Below the pieces are notes generated by a model. That model made no database searches, had not been told where the DNA came from, and saw only the letters and a list, made by a program, of their open reading frames with translations. The translations under genes were made by a program, and so were the position numbers. A stretch of 64,000 nt of DNA, from positions 9,204,363 through 9,268,362 of the forward strand of contig CM119271.1 of NCBI GenBank assembly GCA_051294375.1, written 5' to 3'. Shown in pieces: positions 1-18,536 of the stretch. Position 1 is the first letter of the stretch. Every line of letters begins with the position of its first letter. The stretch is from Paraspadella gotoi. Lineage: Eukaryota > Animalia > Chaetognatha.

Positions 1-768
1 GACGAGGGCGTCCTCGGTAGAGACGATTCCGATATCTTTAATCCGGTCAAGTCAAGTTGACCCAAACGCAGTTGTTGGTGAAAACATTGTCGAGGTCCTG
101 ACAAAAGGCCTGACACCAATGCCACAGATCGTCCATGACTCATGGCATGAGGCCAGATAGCTTGAATGTGTTTCCACAACTTAATAACTATAAAGTGTTT
201 TATCATTAAGTAATTAAGTACTAATTTGTAATTGCTAAGCTCAATTAAAAAAAAAAAATGTCAGTGAAAATCTTTTTCAGAAGTAGATATTAAAAACACG
301 TCGCGTCTTCGTTATTTATGAAATCGTGGGATTTCAAATTGAATTGTGATTAATCATTAAGATTAAAAACACAGGTCATTGACCTAACATTTAGTGTGAG
401 TTTTTTTCGCGTGTGAGAGAGAGATAGAAAGAGATTGCTGGAGAGCTAGCAAGATATCATTCTAACGTTCAATACAAGTCTTAATTTAAAAACTGAGAAC
501 GAACAGAGAATATCAACGATTTTTAATCGCAGTATTGCATGATCCGTCCATAAGAAGGTCCGTCATAAGTTATGCAACAACTCCTGAGCAACAACGCGTT
601 TTTCTGACCTATTTCTACTCTCCAAATAAATTCATAATAATAGGTACTAAAATGCTGTCGAATATTTAAAAAGCTACGAAACGCCATTTTAATAAGCTAC
701 TCAGAAATCAACGACCGAAATAAAAATTAAATTAATTCCGGTACTGGATTTTTATCACGCGTTAATTC

Positions 769-776
769 TATTTATA
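769..776 (+). promoter_or_regulatory. Candidate TATA-like box upstream of the putative non-coding first exon (~795-1023) of the UCP gene
   Basis: TATTTATA lies just before a shift to pyrimidine-rich sequence that ends in a good donor (AAG|GTAACC at 1023/1024). TSS is inferred only. Confidence 0.25.
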
Positions 777-1605
777 TCCTGACATCCAGTTATAACCGGC
801 TGCGGCTAGAACGTTGCAGCTTCGACAAGGGGCGATGCATTCTCTTCTTCCCTTCCTCTCCTTCTCTGCTTCTCTCCTTCCCTTTTTTCCCCTCAATCCT
901 CTCTCTCTCACATTCTCTCCATCTCTCCGTCTCCTCGAACGTAGTTTTCCACTCACCAACCTCCACCGCCGCGCAAGTCCTATTTCTATAGTCGGGGTCA
1001 TTAATCCATTATTGTCGTCAAAGGTAACCTGGTCTGTTATTTCAATTGTTTTTTACAAAAAGTCCAAACTTTTTCTCGCGTCCAAAATACACGAAATCTT
1101 CGTCTTCTTCGTCATTGACATCACGCGACCAGCTGGTTTGCGTCATCCCTTCTCGTCCCTCTTCATATACATCCGAGAATCGGGTCAACGTCTCCGTATT
1201 ACATTGATACCGTTGATTATCTCCCTAATCCTTCAGTCGCTCTTCTACAATTTTTTTTCTCGCTTCTTCCACATCCACCTCCTCTTCCTCCTCCTCTTCC
1301 TCCTCCTCGCTCTTTTTAAATAATTTGCCTTCGTTAATCGAGAAAATCATTTTCAGTTTCGTTTTTAGTTTCGATCTTTAATTCTTCTATAAAAATTTAT
1401 ATAGAAGAGGGAAAGACGCAATACATACTTTGTTTGTATTTTTTTTTCTTTTTTTCTCTCTTTTAGAAAGCAGGTTTATTTTTAACGGACACGCTTTTCT
1501 CTTCGCGTTATCGCCCTTCGACTCATCATACTTTATATCTTCGCTTCATCGACCGGAAATAAACCCCCCCCGTCATCTTCGTCAAAGTAGCCCATCGCCA
1601 TTTCA

Positions 1606-1800
1606 ATGGAAAGAGGGCTACTTTTCGCTTCTCAAGTGGATTACCCCCACCGTGATAAACTCCCGCCGCCGAGCCAATACTCACATTGCAGTCTCTGCAA
1701 TGAAAACACTCGACAACATTTGACATTTAGTCTTGAAGAAAAGACTTTCCGCTCCTCCGACATCGCCAGCGTCGTCATCAGCCTGCGCGACTTCAGCTAG
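1606..1800 (+). CDS. Upstream ORF (64 aa) in the 5' leader of the UCP gene
   Basis: ATG 1606 to TAG 1800 inside a predicted leader exon (acceptor ttttag at 1466 or cag at 1473; donor CCG|GTAGAC at 1844/1845; next acceptor tccag at 1905), ending 235 nt before the UCP ATG. Contains FSLEEKTFRS. Confidence 0.5.
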   Translation: MERGLLFASQVDYPHRDKLPPPSQYSHCSLCNENTRQHLTFSLEEKTFRSSDIASVVISLRDFS

Positions 1801-2035
1801 CCAAAGCCCCCTTTTCCCCCCTTCAAGCTCCACCGCCTGCACCGGTAGACGTGATCCCGAAAGACACGAAGATTTTATGAATTTTTAAGAATAATCCCAA
1901 TCCAGGCTTTTCCAAATCGAGACCTGAAGATCCTAGTTTAAAAGACAGAAGAAAAAGTTTCAAGTTTAAACATATTTTCGACGATATATTGCTAAGAATA
2001 CAAATCTCCAAGCGTGACAAGAAAAATAAGAAAAA

Positions 2036-4412
2036 ATGGTTGGCTTCAAAGAGCTGCCGCCCAACATGCAACCGACTTTGGGAATCAAAATGGTTTCTGC
2101 AGGTATGGCTTTTTTATCTTGATTTTTTTTATTAGTATTAATAAATAATTAAAAATCATTATTACTATACTAATAGGATTCGCGGCGATGAGCGCGGACC
2201 TGGCCACTTTTCCTCTGGACACGGCAAAGGTGCGGCTTCAAATCCAGGGATCGACCACCGGACCCTCCACCGGCACAGCCGCTTCCGCTGTCAATGCCAA
2301 GACGATGACTTCAGGTGAGGCGTCGTTTGGAAAATTTAAAGCCAAAAGACAAATTTTCATCCAGTTTAAGCTTCGCGAGAAGCCTTAATTAAATAGACGG
2401 ATATTTTAAGTAGATTTTGTTCCTTCCTACCTTGAGCTCCCGAAGTCGCACATGTTGAAGGTAAAGAGCAGGAAAAATTGTAAGGGACTTTGGACCTTTG
2501 GTGTTATATATTAAAGGATTATTGGTTATTTCGGTGATTTTATTCTTTATTTCGAAAAATACATTTTGTTTGGGATTGGTTTTCCAGGTATGGAAAATTT
2601 CAATTCCTATGCTTTTGTTGCAGTTAGTACCTTAGTCATGCTCGGGCGTATATTTTGTCATAAAGCGTGTCAATTATTAGTTAAAATGCATATACGATTT
2701 TTTTTTTGCTTTCTAAACTTAGGGCATTTGGTTACGGGCGATCACCGGACCGCCCCCAAGTTATCCAAACGCCGTGAAGCTCAAATCACAGCCAAAAATT
2801 TCAAGTACCGTGGGGTCGTCGGAACCATCACCACCATAACGAGGTTCGCCACTCTTATATTTTGAGTTTATAATTTGCGTTATTTATATTTCGTTTAAAA
2901 ATAAAATATTACCTTTAAATATAACAGGGAAGAAGGAGCCCGCGCTTTATACAGCGGTTTGGTTCCGGGTCTCCAACGACAAATGTGCTTCGCCTCCGTT
3001 CGCATTGGACTCTACGATTCCGTGAAAGGATTCTACTGCGAAGTAAATCCGTGGGCGAAGCCGGCGTCGCTTACGCCGATGGACGCGTACGCGACCATTT
3101 AGTTAACGCCCCCCCTTATCTCTCCCGCAGCTGTTGACGCCGGATTCGCCGAGCGACAACCCGTCACCCGCGATCCGCATCCTGGCGGGAATGACGACCG
3201 GGGCGATGGCCGTCCTCACCGCGCAGCCCACCGACGTGGTCAAAGTGCGGATGCAAGCGGACTGCCCACCGCCTGGTCAGGCCAAGCGCTACTCGGGGTC
3301 CAACATGGCGTACAAGACCATCGCTAGGGACGAAGGTGAGGGACTCGGGATTTATGGGCCGATCATAGTTTTAATTATTTATTTTCTAGGCAATTATTCC
3401 CATTTGGTTCTTATTTTCCCCGCCAGGTGTCCGAGGATTGTGGAAGGGCGCGACTCCGAACATTGCCCGTAACTGCATCGTGAACGCGTGCGAATTGGTC
3501 ACCTACGACTACACCAAGGGCTTCATCATCCGATCTGGATTGCTGACAGACAACCTCCCTTGTCACTTCGTCTCCGCCTTTATCACCGGATTCGTGACGA
3601 CGTGCGTGGCGTCTCCAGTCGACGTCATCAAAACGAGATACATGAACGCCGGGAAAGGTGGGAGGAATGAAAGAGGGAGGTCGGAGAGTGCGTGGGCGGG
3701 AGCCGACCTTTGATTCAGACAAGACGGACAAGACAGAACCATAGATAGACGGAGAGACAGAGGGGAGCTTTTTTGTTCTTAATGCTTTCATTGAATTGTA
3801 TCATGATTTCTTTTTGTTTCAATAACATTGTTCATACATCAATTACCTTTTTCTCTTTCGTATTTACAGGGACTTATGCCGGACTCGGTGACTGTACTAT
3901 CAAAATGTACAAGGAAGGCGGCCTGAAAGCTTTTTGGAAAGGTATGGGTTTTTTTTTGATAGGTTTTTGTAATATTATTTTATATAAAATGCTGTTAACT
4001 TAAAAATGTTTTGAGATTTAGTTTTGTGGGAACTCAGAAACTCAATTTCTTAAAGTTTTTTAATTTTATTTTTACTTAAGATTTAGGCGAGAAATAAGAT
4101 AAATAATTATTTATTTACAACGGTGATAATTATAGATATCTTATAGATATATTATTTACCTTATTTCTCGCCGAAACTTAAACACAACGAATTGAAAGTA
4201 ACTATACAATGTCTACTTAAGATTTAAAGTTAAAAATCAAATCCGTTACTTTCCCCTTTTCAGGATTTACTCCGAACTTCTTACGACTGAGCACTTGGAA
4301 CATTTGCATGTTCGTCATGTTCGAACAGTTTAAGCGGGGATTCACCCTCTTGACAATGGACCCACCGGAGACGAACAGCAAGACGAACAACAACAAGCGG
4401 CCCATGGCTTAA
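2036..4412 (+). CDS. UCP2: Mitochondrial uncoupling protein, UCP2/UCP3-like (SLC25 carrier); 8 coding exons: 2036-2102, 2177-2314, 2723-2843, 2928-3042, 3131-3335, 3427-3657, 3870-3941, 4264-4412
   Basis: All junctions are GT-AG and in phase. Three carrier signatures ([38 protein letters not shown]) plus UCP1-3-type segments [61 protein letters not shown] and [31 protein letters not shown] near 4634. Symbol marks the family, not one-to-one orthology. Confidence 0.95.
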
Positions 4413-6063
4413 AAAGAAAAAATATTCCACCCCTTTTCTCTCACTCAGTCGTGGGTGACTGTGCGCGATTCGTAGCAGAGTTGCAGTTATGGTGCAATAA
4501 TGCGGACGGCGAAACGACGAGGATCGAGCGGCTTTAAATTAAAGTTTAATCTTTTATGTATCTTTTAATTTCTTCTAATTCCTGGAATTTGTCATTATCC
4601 AATATCGATTATGCACCTATTTAAAGCCCTAGCAATAAAGCTGCTCTATCCTTCTCCGTTGGTTCGATCTCCCGCGAATTCCATGTAAATTTGTTTTCAG
4701 AATCTCCTACTGCCAATTTTTTTTTTTTTTTTTTTTTTGCGGAGAAAAACTTGTTTAAAAAAAAATTTCGCTCAGACATAGGTACTTTTTAAATGAATTT
4801 CTCCGTCTCGGGTGCGCATTTTTTTTTTTTTTAGTATCATTTTGATCAATTCGAATGTTTTGATAAATAGATTAAGGTTTAATTTCTATAGTTGTCCACC
4901 TCGAATTACACTTTTCCCCAAGAGGATAGGACGAGTAACGTGCACCCTCGATCAGTTTATCATCTTTTCGTCGCCAAGTAAACCATTTTTCCCTCATCTC
5001 GGTCGCATGAACTGGCGAGATGCTTCACGCTTTCGATTTTGAACTGTATGGATGGGTTAATAATATTCAAGTGTTTAAATGATTATTTTGTATCCTGTGA
5101 GCGGTAGTTGACCCCCAAATTTATCTTCATAATCTAGTTAGCAAAACAAAAAAAAAACAAAATTAAAGCACACGATTTCAAATTTAACTATTTTCCTCAA
5201 GAACGTCAAACCTCACCCAATTGCTTCTTAGCAAGTAGTAAAAAAAAAAGATTAGCGCACATTATTTTTTTGGTTTATATACTATATTACGAAATAAGCA
5301 CCTCGTTTTCTTTTTTTTTTGTCGTATACTTCTACTTTGAAACAACATTTATCCATGATACATCCTTCGTAGAACCCCGAGCCTTTCTCACTCGTGAAAG
5401 ATAAGTTCTTAGGAACATTATGGCTTTTTATTATATGATGTGTTATACACATCTTAATTTTTGAAAAGAAATTCAAGAGTTCTATTTACCAAATTGAATA
5501 AATGTATGTATTTTTGTGATTTTTTTTTAATGATTTCGCACACAATCGTATAGGTCATTAGAAATTAAACTTTTCAGTGATTTTTTTTTGTAACGGTCTT
5601 GTTTAGCGAAGTCTTTATTACTGTACTTGATATGTGTCAATATACTGCGATAAAATTATTTTTTTCTTATTCTCTGTCCTCCTTGAATTTATTAAGTTAT
5701 TTCGAAATAAGAAAGTTATTTTCCTCAATTTCGTTCCCAAGTTTCACGAAAGAGCCTGCTTTATCGATCGTGAAATCATCTCGGCCGCCGAGCGGAGAAT
5801 CTCGATCATATAAATAGCCGTTTCATAATCGCGATCATCTTTGTTCGATCGCGCCTGCATGAGCGACGAGCTCGGTTCAGCAGACCTCTCTCAACCATCT
5901 TGTCTAAAAAAAAACAAAAAAAAAACCGCCTTTTCATATTTTGCGAAAAAAACAATTAACTTGAAGCGTATTAAATTTTTACTAAAATTAAATTGCGAAT
6001 GAAAAACCCGTTTCATAACAGGCAAAAAAACTTGTCTTATTATTCAAGTTGTCCACATTCGTC

Positions 6064-9000
6064 ATGTGCAGCCATGACGACGTCACCCAAAAGGTTTGGT
6101 CCGGGTCAACGTCCTTGCTTAAAAATCTTCGAAGCATGGACAAGGCCTGTGCGGACTTTGTTCCGGGCGAGGGCGTAACACTTGAAGGTGAGGCCGGCGA
6201 GACTTTTCTGCTTCTGACGTTTTTGAATAATTACTGGCGTCAGGTTATAGTTCCTCGGTTCTGCGACAGGATTAGGCACCGTATTTATTTTTAATTCTGC
6301 TAGGAACAGAATTAATATTTAGTATTACATTCGCATCGAATATCGATAATGTATGGAAACGTTTTTTAAGTATTTACTACTAATAGTGATAACCTCACTG
6401 TACGTATGTGTAAAGTTATAAACATTAATTTTAATGATTCCTTTTCAATTTTGCTTATTTAAAAGCTTTTTCTCGAGTAAATAAAAAACAACCAAAGAAA
6501 ACAACAACAACAATTTACCAAAACCACCACCTCCCACTTTATTAATATCTGTTCGCTTAAGTTAAGAATTCCAATAGACCTTTCCCCCCATTTTTTCCCT
6601 CTCATCAGATCTGATAACCTGGGCATTGAGTTCCCCCTGGGTCCCGTTCGATGCTGTTCTGGATCCCTTTCCAAATTTTCCTCTTCCTCTTCCTCCTCCT
6701 CCTCCTCCTCCCGACCAGGATGATGTTATGTCATTCGATGGAATCTTCGAACGCCGGTAAAAAAAAGTGCCAGAGAGAGAGAGAGAGATAGAGAGCGAGA
6801 GCTTCGGGACAAGTTCCAAAATTTTTGAGGTTCCAAACTTTGAGATTTATGTTTTAGCTTATTTTTTTTTACACTTAGTTTATTTTAGAATAAGTTTTTA
6901 ATTTCTAAATCTGATTACCTTTTTATATTGAAGTCCATTCAATAGATAAAGCCTCGTTTGTGAGTTTCTCTTAAAAAATATCACAACCTCACCCCGCCAG
7001 TCACCGGCGCCTTTATCTAATGTGACCGTCTTCAGAATTTGATTTTTTTTATTTCATTTTTTAAAAATATTTTGTTTTTATTGCTTTTTATTCCGGTTTC
7101 GAACCGGATTTCAAAATGTTGAAAAATCATGAAACAAGGTCAGCCTAACCTTTTAGCAATTACGTGCCTTTGACAGAACTGTTACAAGTTTAAAACCTTA
7201 AAAAGATCCGCGAGTAAACTTTCGAAAAACGCCGCGGTTTTCTTTTCAATCGATATTTCAATGTCAAACATCTTACGTAAAATTCCTCCTTTTTTTTTTA
7301 AATCCAGGGACCAAGTTCGAGGTCGGTACTTGGTGGCCTCTCGAGATCTAGAGCCCGGAGAAACTTTGATCGAGGAGAAACCTTTCGCCTCCATCGTTAA
7401 TCACAACCACACCGAGGTGAACACTTAGCGCAGAGCGTGAGGGTAATGACTCATGAGTCATCCGGGAGTGCTTTCGGTGCACATTGTTATTCTGGTGCAC
7501 TTTATATATTTCGGATTCACTCCAACACGTTTATGCAGTTGCACTCTTAGTTTCCCCTCGTACAGTGTCCAATACACACTTTAAAGAAAGATCCGATTCT
7601 AGGTTCTCTGTCGCTTTAACTTTTCATAAACATTTCGTAAACTAAACCGGAAAAAACAGGTCGTTTGTTGTAGTTGTAAAAAGACCCTATTTTCGCGGGA
7701 GGAAAGGATCGTTTGCGGGGATTGTCACAACGCCACCTGGTGTAGTCCCAGGTAGAGAGTTTTGGATTCGCACATTGCGAGTTGTGCCTTGCAGTCTCTA
7801 GTTTAGAGAGTCTTAAATTGCGAGTTGCAATCCTGGGTAGTCTGTTGTGCGGTAGCTTGGAATTGGAGTGTCACTAAACTTCCTCCTCTGAACTTAACAA
7901 ACTAAATTTCGCGCTTCTACATAAAAGCTCAAATGTCAATCGATTTCTCTCGTTCCTTTCCGCGCAACAAATAGAATCGATTTTTTTTCTTTTACATTTT
8001 TTTCCCCCGCTTTTCTCCCCGATCGATCCCAAAAAAGTCAGGGAAAAAACTGATATGCCGGGATTTTTCCTTCTTGAAAGTTATTCGCTCTCTACCTTTA
8101 GCATCTTCCTTACAGACGCCAAACAGATGTCCACTTGTCACTCAGATACCAGTTGCTGCTCCCTTACCTAAACGCCATTATATCCCTTCTGTTCAAGATG
8201 CCAGTCGATCTCCATCCCTCTCTTCCACGCCTACGAATGCCCTTATCTCCGGACGAGCGAAAAGCGATGGCTCGTAAAGAGTCGCCACTTCCGATTGGCG
8301 TCGCGCATGATCGTCAAAGGCTGGAGAAATGTCGTCGTTGCCTTCAAAGCGGGTATTATATAACGAAGAGGGGGGGGGTTGAGAGAAAACGGCAGCTGCC
8401 GCAGCTGTAGTCGTAGCTGCAGCCCAGAAACGAATAGAGACAGAAAAAAAACCTATTTCTACTTTCGTCGCAATAAATAGTGTTTAATAATTCGTGCGTG
8501 ACTCTCTTCACTTAACTTGATTAATTCCTCATTGGTATTTTGGAAATCCCGAGGTTGATGATCGATATAATTAGAAAATAAAACCTTTGATCAGATCTCG
8601 GGATCGATGACGACAAAGGAAATTCCAGCCAATCAGCATCCGAGTTCGATCTCGTAGCCAATCATTCCTGCATCCTGCACTTCTTTGAGAAAAGTGCCGA
8701 GGTTTGATTTTTGAGGGATGTTCGATTATTTTAAATGTAAATATGACAACTAGATCCGTGTTTCAAACTGATAGAAAATGTGTATTTAATGGTTTGTAGA
8801 AGATAGAGCGCGCGACCTATGTATTTCTAAACGTTTCTATTATTAATAGTATTAACTTTAACTTAATGATAAGAGTGTTAGTTTTAACTCTTATGTACAT
8901 CGCTGACTTCGTGCGCGAGTAAGCATAATTTTTTTTTCAATTCAGCGGACTTACCCTCTGCAATGCGCCCTGTGGACAAAAACTTACCTGTACTTCCTCA

Positions 9001-10354
9001 AAAGCGCGGGATTTTTAGAACGAATCAAGGAACAAGTCATTCCATTCATCAATGTATTAACTTTACCAAAATTAAAATTAGGCATTCTCTGAAAGTAAAG
9101 ATATATATCTATCTCCCAGAATTCCGTTTCTCCGGAGACCATGGATAAGAAGTTGGAACGCTTCGTGGCGTCGACACTCCTCCAACACGTCGTCAGGCTA
9201 AAGTGCAACTCCTTCGAGAGCTTCCACTCCGTCGTCGGACTTTCCATCTACCTCAGGATCGCACAGATCAATCACAGCTGTCAGCCAAACTGCAATAATT
9301 TTTTCAGAGGTTATATTTCCTAAAGCCTTCGTGTTTAATTTGTTACATTAAGTAACAGCTCAGAGATCCGGGCACTTACAAATGAGTTAATTTATAAATA
9401 GAATTTGTTGCGAAAGCGTCGGACGATTTGCCGATTAAAAAATTGAGCAGATAATTGTTAAGCCATAGATACGCAATTAATAATACTAATAATACTAATG
9501 TAATATTAAAGTGATCAGATGAATAATTTTTGTATTTTTCAAGGCGACACCCACGTGATCCGAACTTGGAAGCGAATCAAATCGGGAGAGGAGATTTGCA
9601 TCGTTTACGACCGCGCGGTCGCTTGGATGCCGACCAAGCAGAGGAGAAACAAGCACATGCGGGACAACTTCGGGTGACCGACCCAGAGAGTTGAGATATC
9701 GATCGAAATTATTTATCTCTATTGGAGCATTTCTAAGAATTCTAACTAGTTCATTTCTAAGAATTCGAGCAAATTATATCCGTTATCTTTTAGGTTCGAC
9801 TGCCTCTGCCGTCGATGCGACGTTGACGACGACGACGACGACGACGACGACGTTGAGGGACTCTCCGCCGCCGAAGACGACGTCGAAGATGAGACGCGGC
9901 GGCACATCCAGGCATCCGTCAAACGATGCCTGAGCCTCTTCAAGTCGGAACGTTTCGAGGTAGGTTTCGAATATTTTGAAGATATTCTGTTCAATGAACA
10001 GTGTTCATTGTTTTTGTTCGGACAGCTATCCAAGTTATGAAAGTTGCAAGATTAAACTAAATTTTTCAAAAACCTGTTTAAATTTAAGCTAAAAGTTATA
10101 GCCAATAATATCGCTTTCTAGAATCTAGCGTGCGACTGCTAAGACCAGCATAGACATTTAACGGTAAAACATTTGTAAATTTTGTTGCACTAGTTTCATA
10201 CTTTTGCTTGACTTTTTAGCGAGCGGAGGCGTCCATCTACGAGGCCTCGGCTGCGGCGCGAACTGCGGGGTTGTTGACTTCGGAGGCCGAGCTCTTCGAA
10301 ATCCTCAACGAAGTCCAGAGCAGATTCGATCTGGAAAAGATTTGCGTCGATTGA
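6064..10354 (+). CDS. SMYD-family SET and MYND domain lysine methyltransferase (~11 exons; start approximate)
   Basis: Spliced translation gives N-SET GRYLVASRDLEPGETLIEEKPFA (~7310-7417), MYND finger CCSCKK..CGDCHNATWCSPRCQ..HAYEC (~7660-7751 and ~8198-8350), SET core LKCNSF..INHSCQPNC (9120-9309), GEEICIVY (~9545-9673), post-SET FDCLCRRC (~9794) and stop TGA at 10352-10354. Confidence 0.88.
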
Positions 10355-11264
10355 CGACGATATGGACAAAGTCGATAACAAGTATCGAAACTGAATAACT
10401 GTGTATCCCTCTATATGGTATATCGCTTATTCTCCTACGTAAAAGAATACATATAAGTTAACAACGCAAGTTTTTTTACGAGAATCATTGTTTTTTTAAT
10501 CATTCAATCCCGGAAAAGACACCAAAAAAAGACACTCCAGTCATAATAAAACAAGGCAAATTGCAAAGTCGAGAAAAAAAAAAGAGGAACGAACTTTCCA
10601 TCGAGTCTTGACGGTTTTATGATTTTTAATTATTATATTTATAAATTCTAAGTCTTATTTTTCAAGTAATTATTGCTAAAACTGAAGTAAAAAAACTATA
10701 TTGATAAATTAAATCGGACTCAATGATTTGAAATCGTTCAATTAGGCGAACGAAACGAGAAAAAACGGATTCGGTCTTATAATAAATGCGGTAAAAAGGT
10801 GACAAGCAAAAAAGAGTTACGTAGTACAAAGAATAAGAATAGATAGTACGCATATCTACTTTTTATTTTTTTAAATCTAATTATTTACCTTTTTCGTTTT
10901 CTAGAGCTCTACAGTAAATAAATAATAATCACAGATGAACAGTTGACCGCGCCGTAGAAAATTTCCCAATTTTCCAAACGGCTCCAACGAAAATTGGACG
11001 AAAATATGACTATGATTAAAAATAGGGGGGGACAGGGAAAAAGGGTCATGCGTTGGTCCATTTTTTTTTAAATTTAGAGACACGAAAACCAACCCTCGGT
11101 AAATAAAAGAAAATCACACACGATTAAGAATTAGTAATTTTAACAATAATTTTACGAAAGACGAAATAGTCTCGTATAAGGGGAAGTGATTATCCTATTG
11201 CGTGAATCTTGATCGCCGATCGAAAACAACGAAAAGGATCCATTATTGACTAAATGACTATTCT

Positions 11265-17477
<6,213 letters not shown>

Positions 17478-18361
17478 ATTTCTGATTGTCTTTTTCGCAC
17501 AATTTCCTCGCGATCTCGCGCCCGGGTCACGGTAAAGAGACGAATCCAGGCGACGTTTTTCCACTTATTCCCGACGCGGCTTTGCATTCATCTCATAGAC
17601 AGAAAGGGAGAGACAGAAGAATTGACAATAAACTGTATATATGGGCTCCTGGCAAGATGGAGAGAGCAGGGGAACAAGGGAAGGAGGTTGACAAGACTCT
17701 GGGGGAGGAGGAGAGGAGGCGTGTTAATCCAGGGAGAGGAGGAAGAGCGAAGCGGGAAGCCCACATCAGAGATTGTGTACAACGGAGATGCAGAGGAAGA
17801 AAGAAAGGAAGAGCGGGAAGAGGGAAAGATCCTAGGGGAGGAGGAAGAGGAATTTGGCCAGGGAGAGAGAGAGATAGATGCAGTGAGTGAGAATGAGAGA
17901 GAGAGAGAGAGAGAGAGAGAGTTGTTGCGTGGACAGAAAATATTTGAAGGCAAAACACGAAAAGTATTTGTCGAAGGAAAACGAGAGTGACAAGCTTAAA
18001 ATAACGAGTTTCGTTAGTCAAATAACCGAAAAAAAATACCGACTTGTCCACCAAGGATCGAGACGAGAGTCTCGACCAAAGAAAAACAAGAGACGATCGA
18101 GTTGAGGCTTGGTGGCGGGAAGAGAACCGCAGCGCGTTGTTATCGTGGGACCGGGAATGTATCGGCCCTGGACCGTGAGGGAGATCCCGGTGGTGTGCCG
18201 GAGTGTGCGGGCGCATGCATACTGAGGATCGTGAATAGGGATGGAAGGGGGAGTGGCGGGGGAGTTGTCTATTTATTGCGAATAATGGGGGCAGACTGGT
18301 TTTCATCGAAAGATATTTTGAAAAAGGAAGAGACAGATTGAAAGAAAGAATCAGGAGCGAA

Positions 18362-18394
<33 letters not shown>

Positions 18395-18497
18395 TTGAAA
18401 AAGAAATAGAGAGAGTGAAAAACTCAAAAGATAGATTGAGAGAGAGAGAAAAGGATAGAGAGATATGTTTTGAGAGGGAAAGGCAAGAGAGAGAGAT

Positions 18498-18536
<39 letters not shown>

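Noticed and set aside
1-60. Open frame DEGVLGRDDSDIFNPVKSS-stop at the window edge
   Set aside because: Could be the end of an upstream gene but is too short to support.
814-1323. 169-aa Leu/Phe/Ser-rich ORF
   Set aside because: Product of pyrimidine-rich leader and intron sequence; it crosses a likely donor at 1024.
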